Positions 22,701 through 34,700 of a DNA stretch of 64,000 nucleotides are shown here, in pieces. The stretch comes from Ascidiella aspersa. Taxonomy: Eukaryota. The notes beneath the pieces are model-generated. The model was not told the DNA's origin. It worked only from the letters and a program-made list of their open reading frames with translations, and ran no database searches. The position numbers and the translations under genes are program-made. Position 1 is the stretch's first letter. The number at the start of each line of letters is the position of its first letter. Location of the stretch: positions 23,870,001-23,934,000 of the forward strand of contig OZ004611.1 in assembly GCA_963924565.1 (NCBI GenBank). The letters are read 5' to 3'.

Positions 22701-25700
22701 TTGGTAATTAATTGATAATAATTAATTGGTAGGTAATATTTTGGCTCAAGGTTTCATTATTTGTTATTGAACCCCGTTTCTGTGCCATTTTAAGAACAAC
22801 ATACAGCTCGATAAAAAAACTGTCAACCCATCATAAAATTTTCGAAAAAAATGGGTAAAATGAAACATTAGTAATTACCTCGTTGAATGAACCTTGCAAC
22901 CCACCAAGATTCATACAAAACATCAAACGATTGGTTTAAATGGGAAGTATAGACCTTTACAAAGTGGCGCCAGCAAACTGTCCTTCAACATTCAGTTACG
23001 CAACGTTGACTTTACGGTGCATATTAGACTTTTTGGCATCCCACTTGACGTTATGACATTAACCGGGGTTCATGGGAGCTTCCGTCCGTTTTACCAGCCG
23101 TGCTGCGTATTGATTAACTCCGCAAAGCAAAACGCGTCCGCTCACTATAGTTTTAGCATTGGAACCGATGCTGAACTCTTTATTGTTGAACGTTTACTTA
23201 TAGGATGGACGATCGTACCGGGTGGGAGTCAATACACAAAACCTATAGAGGTAGTGACATCTGGACTCCATGAATTTCTAGGGTGGTATTGCTGGAGATC
23301 CTATCTCAGGTTGTTGATTTCAGATAAATGCTGTACGCCTAAACGCAACGAAGTTGAACTCGAAAAATAGGAAAAGTGCAATCAAAAGTAGTTAAGGTTC
23401 TTTATGCTAAGCAAATTTAAGCCCAATAACCTAAAAATACTACTTATGCGCGTTTTCATTTTTTAATACATTTTCTAACTTAAATAGACGAATGCAGAGG
23501 TTTATAAACTGTACGCAGCGGTATACGTGGTTATAATATTTCAAGGACGTTGCGAAATGATTCTGTTAAGTATAGAAAAACTACATCAATTGATTTCGAC
23601 ATTCTGTTCCAAAAAAAACGAATGTTAAAGAAAATAATAAAATCCCTATCGCTTCGAACAAAGTGTTTAAACGACGTCAGCAAAAATGCTAGAACCATCG
23701 GATTAATAACTTCACTTGCTATCGAAACGGACAGCTGAACTTTTTGATCAAAATATCGGGCAGTGTTGTAATGACTTAAGTGACCTTGTTGGACTTAAAT
23801 CACTGTTTTCAAATGACTGGATTTTGACTGTCTTTTGGACAAATAATTTGGACTTGGACTTACGTGATTCACAAAATAAGTGATACTTATCTTAATCTCT
23901 TAAGTAAAACAAGTAGCTAGCTGTGTGTTCGTTTTTTTAGTTGACTTATTGCTCGTAATTGGGCAAGTTTAACAATTGTAACAGTTTACCGTATTGCTTT
24001 TATATTAATGACTTGACTTAAAGTTGACTTGCTCTAATAGCGACATGACTGACGGGACCTGAATTTTGAAAAGATTTGACTTTGTCTTAAATTGTTTTAC
24101 AGATGACTTAACCGGAACTTAAGTCATTTCAAAATGACTTGTATACAACACTGGTTTGTAGTATATCCACCCGGTAATAGAACACAAAATTTCGTACTTT
24201 GGTTGACATTGCGTCGGCCGTGCGTACATGCGTGTGCGTATACGTCGTCACGCACGTGCTGGACGGCCTAAGCGGCGCCCACGCTCTCTGCTGCGAGGAG
24301 AGTAAATCGAAAGGCGCTTCCCCGGCCCTTCCGTCATCAATAATTCAGTCGCTCCGAAAAGTGGCGGGGTCGTTTAGGCGCGACCCTGCCGATCGCGATT
24401 GGAGATGCCAAGGATAATCCGTACCTCGGGCCGGATTTGCGGGCGCAAGATGGAAGACCCTCGAGTTAATTTTTCCCTAATGTGTTTGCGCGTTGGCCTT
24501 GGCGCGTGCCCTTGCATCGACGGTGCCAAGGTGCAAAAGCGATTAGGCAGCACTCCCGTAGCACTTGGCCGGCTTGCTGTAGGCTACCTTATTTGCTCTG
24601 CCAAAAAACGACGAGCTAGCAGGGCAGCAATAGAAGGCCTGTCTGCTTTGAAACCGGTGAGCGAAAAAGCGATTAGGCACGACCCTAGCGCTTGGCCGAC
24701 TTGTGTAGGGGACCCTGTTCGCTGTGCCAAAAAACGAGCGAAAGCAGGGCAAAAAGTGGAGGCTTGTCCGCTTTAGAATCAGCCAGCGAAAAAGCGACTA
24801 TAGGATCTAGGCCACTCTTGCTTTGATTCGGCGACTGGATTGCAGTGCAAAAAAAAACAAAAAACAAAGCACTGCAAAAGCTGGACGAAAAAAAGTGAAA
24901 AAGCGGCCAGCGTATAAAAGCGATTAGGCTCTAGGCCGCTTTGGTTTGATTTCGGCGGCTGGATGTCAGTGCAATCTAACAAAAGCAGGAAAAATCTGGA
25001 CGGAAAAAAATGGCACGTCTACTTTAAAAGGCTCTGGGGCGCTATTACTGTGATTCGGTGACTGTATTGCAGTGCAATCTTACCAAAGGAGGGCAAAAAT
25101 TGACGGAAAAAAGGACGCCTGTCTGTTTTCTAAGCGGTTAGAAGACGCCGCTCAATGGGGGTAATGTAATACAGCACGGTGGAGAAATGAGCTTGGGGAT
25201 ATTTAAAACGGTTTGAAAACACTGGTTGAGCAATGATGTGTTGAAAAGGGGCATAATTCTTATAACCATTAAATCGTTGCCGAAAAGGAAATTGCGCAAT
25301 CTTTTTCTTTTAACGGACTTTAAAAGCTTGAGTTATGATGCAAACGTCCACCAAATCATAAAAAGATTGTTTTTATAAACCGCCCAGCAAAACGGATTGA
25401 GGAATGTTCAAATCCACTAAAATGAATATAGTGAATAGAAAGACAGGTGCTTTTAGACCAATGTTGTAACCGTACCCTATAGAAACAGGCGATTTTGGTC
25501 GGGTGGCCATACCATAGAAGCGGAAAATTAACGAACTAATTAAATACGAAAGCCGCGATCTTTACAAAATCTCTTCCAAAAAAACACAAAACCTTCAAAA
25601 AGACAAAAGTGCCCTAACCGTCTTCGTCCATGCCTCTGAGCAGGTGTGAGCAAGAGTGATCCTCGACCGTGTCGCGAGCAGTCTCCGACAGTACGGTGGT

Positions 25701-28700
25701 GCTATGACGTGGCGACTCGCCCAACACCGTTGCGCATTCATCCGTTTCGTCCACGTCAAAGAACGGGTTCGTCTGCACTCCGACTGTCACCAGCTCTAAG
25801 CGGCAAGTTAAAAATTTGTTGAAAAGTTTACCTAGACGTAATAAGAAGTTTAAAGCCCATACAACAGAAGTAACATCTTGATGTTGAAAATGAATAAAGA
25901 GTTATACGAAACTTTAAAAATGATACCTACTTCTGTATGGGCTTTGATATTCTTAATACGTCTTACTACAACCTCCAACCATTAGGCTCCAAAAAATGTA
26001 TCTAGTTTTCGAGGTTCGGGTTCGTGTTCGGTTTTCGTGATTCTAAGAACAGGTCTTTCCCAAATTCTTGATGTGCGACTATATTTATAGTTTATTTAAA
26101 ATCACAACAATAATCACGTTCCAATCAAAATTCATTTTAAACAGTATAAACAACTGTGCAAGATTTCAAGATTCACGAGGATCATTTTCTCAAACTTAGG
26201 CTTTTGTGACCTACAGGGCTTCCCAATTTTTTTGCCGTTTGACCAAATTTAGTTTGTTTCAAATTACAACAATAACCACAAATAAACATTCGTTTTGGAT
26301 AATAATACTTATATCCAAAGTTGGAACAACTGTTCAAGATTCTAAGATTTACGACTGTAATTTTGTTCGAGCTTCGGCTTTTGTGGCTGATTGTAAGGAC
26401 ATGGCTTCAATTTTTTGTTGTGCGACCCGAACTAGTTTGTTAAACTTTTTTGGCGTATGGCGATCGCAAACAGAAATCTGACTTTAACCTATTTCGAAAC
26501 TATTGGATTGAGTTAGTTTTTATATTGAAATTTGTATATAGAAAGAAAAGTACAACTTATTGAGTTAACACGAGCATAAAACTGTTATATGTGAACCTTG
26601 CGAACCCTGAAACTCGGCGCATTACCCCGAAATTTTTAGAAAGCTTTTGGTTAATTGGAAGACCATACTTTTCCAGTTGATATTATTCAGTTCAAGGTAT
26701 TGGTTTTCTTTATTCAGATAAACAAATATACCAAGCACGTTTGTGTTATACTGTTTCAAAATAAATCACCCGGTAGGAACACTTAACTATTTTAGTTGAT
26801 AAACCATTTTATTTCTATACCAAAGTAAATACAGCAATCCCGCAAACAATGCTTAAATATTTGGTGCTTAAACAGAATTAGGTTTTTCATGGATAAGTAG
26901 GCGAAATAATAATCTAAAGTACCTTAAACAGTTATACAATAATAGCAGTACATATTTTACCAAACAGATAACACCCAGAAGTTGCTTTTGTCGTGCCTGG
27001 TTTTGGATTGTTGACCAGAAATAATTTTATTAACTGAGACTTCCCAATTCTAACGAATATGTTTGACAAATTACAGAATGGTGTCGAACTAACTCTAACC
27101 AGCGTTAGTTTACAGTTACAGCTGAAATCAGTGTGCAAATTTCAATTGGCGTTCTTACTCACTGATCATTGTTTTAATGAAAAAATCTTTTCTCCTATGT
27201 TTTATTATAAATATTTCAGATCTTGTTTAATTAGTTTCTAAGAACCCTGGTTTGAATGTAAGAGTAGTTGGGGTATGACAATTTTTTAATTTTTCTTAAA
27301 TTACAATTTTAGGGTTAAAGTAATTTTCTCCCACCCTATCTTTACCTTTTCCGTTGGCCGATATTCTTCGCTTTTGTGACGCGCGTAGTTCCGGGCTTTC
27401 AATGATGACGTCGTGACCACGTGAGAACTTTCGATTACGGTCCGTCAGGTTTGGCGTGTAGCCCGAGAGCCCGCTCGAAGAAGTGCAGCTGTTGCGGCCT
27501 GCGTTCTGTAATACAATGAAAAAGCAAATAAAAGTCAAATAAGAAATGCGTTTGAAAAGAAGTCTAAAACGGATTTTATTAGTTTTAAGTAAAAATTATG
27601 TTTGCTTTGCAGCCCCCAAGTTATTTTGGTAACAGGCCAAAAAAATGATTTGATTGCAAGTCAATTGAAAATCATTTGGTTTTATTTGTTAATTGCTTTG
27701 ATTTAAAAACTTGTGATGTTTTCAGGGAAATATCTTTTTGATAGCAAGTCCAAACATGCGTTTCGGTTTCGCGTTTTTATAGAAAGTATAGGTTTCTGGT
27801 TATTGTTAAATACGTTTTCTAGACTAATCAGAAAAAATGTAGTAGGCCTTCGTCTAACTTAAAGTTCCAACCATTGTGCTCCCAAGTTTATTATCAGCCA
27901 CTATAAGAAAAATGCTTTGGTGATAAAACGGGTTTCAATATAAATGAGACTGAATTACACGGTCATTGTGCTGAAACGGTTAAACTTTGTTCGACAGAAA
28001 TAAGGACATCAAAATTTAAAAACGTTTGTTAGACCTGGAAAAATAAGGGTAACTAGATAGGAGTATATAGCTGTAAAGAAATAAAACAAAGACGTCACAC
28101 TATTGTTTTTTGTTCCCCAATTAGTGGCGCCTAGGGGTGCGGACTCCTAAACCTTTCAGAGAATACGCACATACCATTCTACGCCAAGTTTCTGAAAATT
28201 TGAAAGTTCCAAGATGTCTACTTTTTCTATAAGGTTTCGGACAAAATTCGGTCTGAAACATACCAAATAAATAACGGGTTAAACAAGATATGTCCCCAAA
28301 ATGTATTTTCGGTCCATATAAATTGGAAAAAACTTCGAGATGAGAATGTGTACATTTTAATTGCAGCAGCTTTATGCGGCAACACCCCTCGTACCGAATC
28401 CACAGCAGCGGCAAGTATACAGTCAAGGGCTTTGCCCCAATTACGCGTGTTTGTGTCCGACCGTCAGCGGTGTTATGCGGCGTAATTAACCGAGAGTCTG
28501 TCCTAACACGACGCGTCCCGAGGGGGTATTGCTTCTTGCAGCTAGCCCCCTACCAGAGAGTCACGTGAACCAACAGCTGGAACGCCTCCCCGTCTCTCTT
28601 TCTCTCTTGCTATGCTGGCAACATGCGACTTAGCCCACAACTTACAGCTACGAAGCCATCGTTGCCGATTGCGTGTTTACGGCAATGAGACGCAGTGTTT

Positions 28701-31700
28701 CGAATTCATGGAAGCTTCGATAAAGAAAGAAACAAACATCGATCGACCCCGCAACATTTGCGTCATTATTAGCGTCGCGTTATCATTAAAAACTCCGGCA
28801 AACATCCGCATGCAGATGTGGTTTAATGTTGAATTGTTACATTCCGGATTACAAAGGTTTATAGTTGGCAGGCGCACGCCAACTAAACTTGATATTGCGA
28901 AAAACGTGAAATGTTTGCTTAAATGGACTGTAAAATATTTTTTTTAATCTCTAAATGATACCAAAAAAAAAACGATTGCGGCATGTCAAAACATCTCGTT
29001 TCATTATAAAGTCCCACTTTAATTTCGCACCATCTGTAATCGACTACACCGAAAAATGCCAATGGTTTAAATCCTACAGAGATCATATTGTATTTTACAA
29101 TTTATAAAATGAAACCATATTCGTGAAGTGAAATCCAAATTAATTCGCCAATGAAGTGCATGCAGCACAAAAAACAGCAGAAATAGCACTTAAGGAGAAT
29201 ATCGAATTGACGGAAGTTTAAAATATGTTTTACTTTTATTTTAATCAGATTAGTTTGCTGTAACGCAACTAAACAGCAAAACTTACATCAATTCTATTTG
29301 GAGTATACATATCCCCATAACACAAAGTGACATAAATAGTTTAAAAAAAATTATAACGTGTTGAACATAACCTCCCTAAAACGACTTTCAAAATACGCAA
29401 ATTTAATGTTTCTCAGTCGTTAACAACACTCAATTTTAATGACACCATAATAACGTTAGGGGAAGGCCCGGTGCCCGTTCGCGTCTGGTATCGATTTTGA
29501 TTTGTCATAATTATGAAATATTTGGAACGAAGATTGATGCTTTCAAAGATTTAGACAGTTCGAAAATTGTAAGGCAAACGCTTGTATGTAACATCTTGAA
29601 AACAATGTTACTTTGTTTTATTCTTTAGGTGGTGAGAAGAGCCACATGTTATATGGGTTCACAATACTATCATTATTATGTTATAGTTTTTTTACACACA
29701 CATTACAACCCCGCGAAGTAATATTTATTTAATGTTCGTTTAATGGGTGAAATTGACTGTATTGCATTTAAGAGAAAACAGTTGGTGAACGCAAACACTT
29801 TTAAAACCGCCGGAGATTTTAAAATAAAATTAAAAAAAAGGCTTTACTACATTAAACAATGTTTTGCAGGCGACTGATTAATGATATATAACTGGGGGCC
29901 TACGTTTACACCATTCTGTTAATTCAGCAAAAAAAAAATTGCATTGGCATATATTTTAACTTATCCAACATCAAATCCATATATACAGCATACAAGATGT
30001 TCGACGTGTTTCGAAAATGCTTTTGTTAATCTTTCGAATCGAGTAAACCCCGACCCACGTTCTCGGGCGAGTTAAAGAACACTATACTCGTTTCGAATTG
30101 AAAACCAGCGAAGGTCAAACAAAGGTTCCATTTTTGTTTTTATGCGAGTAAAATTAGTTTAGCACAAAATCGAATTTGTTAAGCGAGTAACCTAACGCCA
30201 ATGATAGAAGTCGACCAATGGACCCGTACAGGCGATCTTAGAAAAAACGATTGGTGCTTTCAAAAAGCGACTTCGCGTTTTAGTTGCGTCGCATTGCAGG
30301 CCAAGCCCTGTGCGTCTGGTTCGATTTATTGATCCTAGGGACCTTTCGGTCCCCTTCAATACGCTTCAATAAGTAGCCATCGATTCGAATAAAGAACTTG
30401 TCAAAAGACAATTCATACGATTATACGCTACTGTTGTATCAGTATCCGAAATCGCACACTCCCGTTTGTAAGTTGTCCAAGACCAAAGCCTGCAAGCCCA
30501 TATCCGCCAAATTGCTGGGTCACTTTTTGCCAGTTGTGAAGCAAAATATTCTAAACTAATTTTGACACCCAACGTAAAATAATTTTTACACCAAACGTTT
30601 TGAGATTCGGCCGGCACTGATGTCTGCATGCGATTTTATGTATGCATTTCGTGCAAATTACAGCAGCAGGCAATGGTCTCAACAAAACATTATAAAAACG
30701 AGGCCATTAGCAATCAATGTTGGGAAAGTGCTGTTACCCCCGAAAACATATTGAAGAGATGGATTGTTTTACATAAAAACGTGTAAGATATGAAACAAAA
30801 CGAATGTATTCTGAGCACCTGCTGCGTACTAAAGTTCAACAAAGATGGCAAAATTAATTGCAAATATGAAAAGACAATGCTTGACTTTCTTGTCCTTTTC
30901 AAAATTTTAAAGTTACATTTATATAAGCAAGATACTTTTAGATGTACGATTAATATCACTATTTCAACTAATCCTTTAATAAACTGTTTTACCTATGGCG
31001 GGGTATTATTTAAAATTGTGTCTACGCTAAAACCCAGATTTTACCAACTTCAACCTAGCAAAAGAAGATTTCAAATCAAAGCAATGCAGAATGTTGTACC
31101 AAATATTTATAATGCTCCAGGTCGATTTTCCTAAAAGAAAAAAAGTCAACTTTTGCAAATTGGCAATTACCCTGACGGTAATTAAAGGTTCTGGCACAAG
31201 AACGCATTTATTTGCACGTCCAAGATATACACATCTAAATACCCCCAGGGGTGCTGCAACAAGGTTTAGGATGCATTGTTTGAACAATAAACACATCGTC
31301 ATTAAACAACTATTTTTGTAGTTTTTGCAGTAGGACACACTCTCACTTATTTGTCATATTTTTTTGAGCTTGGCTAACGTTAAAATGTGAAAAAATAGAA
31401 ACCATTTTATGTGAATAGGATATTTTTAAATTCAAAAAAATAAACTAACGACAGACAGAAATGAATATTATAGATTTAAACAAACAATATGTTGGATATA
31501 CCGTTTGCTTAAACAAGATCAATAACATAAATAGAAATGGAAATGGAATTGCAAATTAATTTATGTAGGCTATACCATCCAGATCATAAACCATCTGTTA
31601 GTAATATAGACTACTTGTTTGGTGCCCGTTATTGAACACAAGTCTAACATAATAAAATAATAAGCGTGCCGTAATTTTAGATATTATACGCACGACGTAC

Positions 31701-34700
31701 GGCTTGGTTTACGTTTTAGCTAATCGATGTAGCCAATTGAAGTAATCCTCATTGGATATAAAACGTCATAAGTCTTTAGTAGTAGTAGATTTTATCAGCA
31801 TTTGAGAAATCAATACGCTAACCCTTTGACTTACTATGTTGCAGTATCTGTGAAGTAAACGAAGTACATCAGATATGAGTGCCTTCAAAACACTGTTACA
31901 TGGTTTTTAATACACTTAGTTCTATCTGCTAAAGATTAGGTCTCAAAATCGAACGATTCAAAACGAAAATAGCGAAAATATGAGTGTTTCTTTATGCAAC
32001 CACCTTCTATAATTGCCTTAAGCTTGTATGTATTTTTTTTCGTTTTGAAACGTTCGTTTTTGAGACCTCATCTTTAGCAGATAGAACTAAGTGTATTACA
32101 AACCATGTAACAGTGTTTTGAAGGCACTCATATTATTTGTAATGTTATACGTTTGGTTGTAACAGTCATGCTGCTAGTCCACCGGCGTATTGATTTTGTC
32201 TTTCGCCGCAAATAACACGACTTCGTTACGGACGTACAAAGGCAGAAGAAACGTGACTACACTTCCGAACGAGTTTAGCTGCTGGTCAAGTGGTTCTTAG
32301 CTGTTTAACTCAAAGCTTAAAGCACATCTCAATTTACCTTTTTGTCTTCTAATATGCTATTATTCGGTGGGCTGGATCAAGCTAGTTGCGATAAGCTAAA
32401 CACGTAAACGCAGCCGTGCATAATAGCGGGATTAGGTTTTGCTCAGCTATACTATCTATGCAGGTTTGTCTGCGCCTTGCGGTATGAACTCGCCACATTC
32501 GGCTTCCTAGTCCCACTGCGAGCGTCATTAGGGCCGCTCCTAGGACTTGGAGCCGCCAAAATCGAGCCAATCAGTGTGGGCTTTAGGGCCGTTAAGTTGA
32601 TACCGCTCGTAAAAAGGCAAACGACAAAAACAGCAAGCAATGGTGACCTTGAGAAATCTAGCCGATATACCCTCGCTTCTAACTGATTTGTACTCAACTG
32701 CAGTTATATTCACTTGTTGCGTGGGGCACTTTTGAGTTGAAGGCTCTCGGTTGGTTGAAATGACTTGCGAAAAGTTGTCAATTTATAGGTTTCAACTTTT
32801 TCTGCTTTGGATTCGACAACTATCGAACAAAGCATATCAAAGATGCACAAATCCACTTTCTTAGCGGTTAGACCTACAGGGATTTTCCGACTGAAAACAA
32901 TACTAAACCAAAAACAGGTTCCAACACAAGGATACATCTTGTTAGTTTAACCGTCCCTTTAGTTATATTTTTTGCATCGTGCGCAGATTCTAAGTAAGAC
33001 AAAGTACGTCACAACCATCATTACAGCGCTTACTTGTTTTGGTGAATGCTGTTCCATGCTTTCGTTCGAGACGTGCATCTTTTTGCTTCCTTCCTTTCTG
33101 CGAAACGACTCGGCCGGCCTCGCTAGTCGACCATCGTCCGACTGTTGTTGGTTTTGTTTTGAGGTCTGAGTCGAAACAAACTTAATATCAATGCCTGGCG
33201 TTCGCGATTTCGTTCAGCTGCTCTATATGTACACGTGCTGATAAATCTAACGTTTGCACGCGGTTCGACTACAAAAGGCGCATGTCAATCGTGAATGAAG
33301 ATAGCGCGGAATGACGCAAGCACTAATTGGGGAAAGTCGTGAAATGTTGACTTTTTATATCGGGGAAGGCACTTGGCTTAACTCCGGATATGTATCGTCG
33401 AGTGGAATGGGTGATTACGCGCAGTCTCAGCATTGGGACGGTTTCTAAAATTGGCAACAGTTAACAAATGCATTGTTTTAAATAAAAGGAATCGAGGTAA
33501 AAAAAATATACATTTTATCCTGGTTCTATTTTCGCGCTTTAATGTGAAAGCACAAAACCCGTTGTTATTATTTTGTTGCCGTGTTTATCGTTTAAAGACA
33601 ACAAATATTCTTTGGCGCCGTTCTACGCCAAAAGTTAATTGCGGTAAAATGTCGGATGTATGTTTTTTCTTGGACGGCGGCGTCTTGCCCGGTAATAGTT
33701 CGTAAATAATTGATGCTCGAATTCTGCTGTTCTATTAATTAATGCATGCACGAAGAAGACCCACGTTATAGAGCGTCTGCATTTTGCCCGTGTACGCCGC
33801 GCCGTGCCTAAAATAGACCGTCGACAGCAGCCTCCACCTCTTTAAAATCCGATTGCAATCAGTCGGACATCTTTTAAGCAACGGCTGACTCACAAACGAT
33901 GGTAGCGTGTAAGACTCGTTCCCATTTTACTGTATACCGTGTGTAGGTTAGAAAACATACAGACACACTGTTGGCGCGGCCTTTCTCTGACCACCACAGG
34001 CTAAAAGCGTCGCCGGATGGAGAGAAATTAAACTTACGTTTCTTCTATTGGCGACTCGTTAGCCGGCTCCGTACGACGACTGCGCGCACAGCTCTCTCGG
34101 ATAACAAAGTATACGTCGACCTGCCCGGCTCGCAATAATATCTGTGCCCTCAAGACTAACGCTCCTACTGCTGCTACTGCTATAGCGTCACTGGTCCATA
34201 CGCGTATTGGAGGACACTGCTGCGACTTTAGGCCGTGAGCGCGCGAGCGCAGAGGCAGCACCTTTTTCTCGGGGGACCTGCGAGCGCCGCGCGAGACTCC
34301 GGCTTCTACAAATACCCAGTTCTTCGGGGAGCGACGCAACCTGAGGGCCAGGTTATTAGCCTGTCACGTTGCCGCAGCCGTTGCCTCCCTGTCCCGTTTT
34401 TTTTGGCGTTCACTTTGAGACGCTATAGCTTGCACCTCTCATTTTACCCGGCTACTATAAGGTATTTTTGTTAAAAATTGTTTGCGATTGCGTTGATTTG
34501 AAAATCTGTGAACGTTTGCGATGGTTGATTTTATATTCGACACATCCATTAATCACTTGCCGGCCTCTGGGACTTGGAGAGCAACGCGTTTTTCAATTTT
34601 CCACCATCAGCTATAGTTGCTAATTTTAATAAGGAATTCAACGCTGCCGAATTACAAAAACGCGGGGAATAAACTAAACTAAAAATGCGACTGTTTCCAG

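Noticed and set aside
22894-23370. 158-aa + strand ORF
   Set aside because: TTG start, no recognisable motif or exon structure; at most a decayed repeat.
24535-25140. CRISPR-like repeat/spacer array
   Set aside because: The sequences between anchors are homologous to each other, the repeats are degenerate, the host is eukaryotic and there are no cas genes.
29291-29300. ATTCTATTTG matches the start of the ascidian spliced leader
   Set aside because: Only 10 nt match; the rest of the leader and the splice donor are absent.
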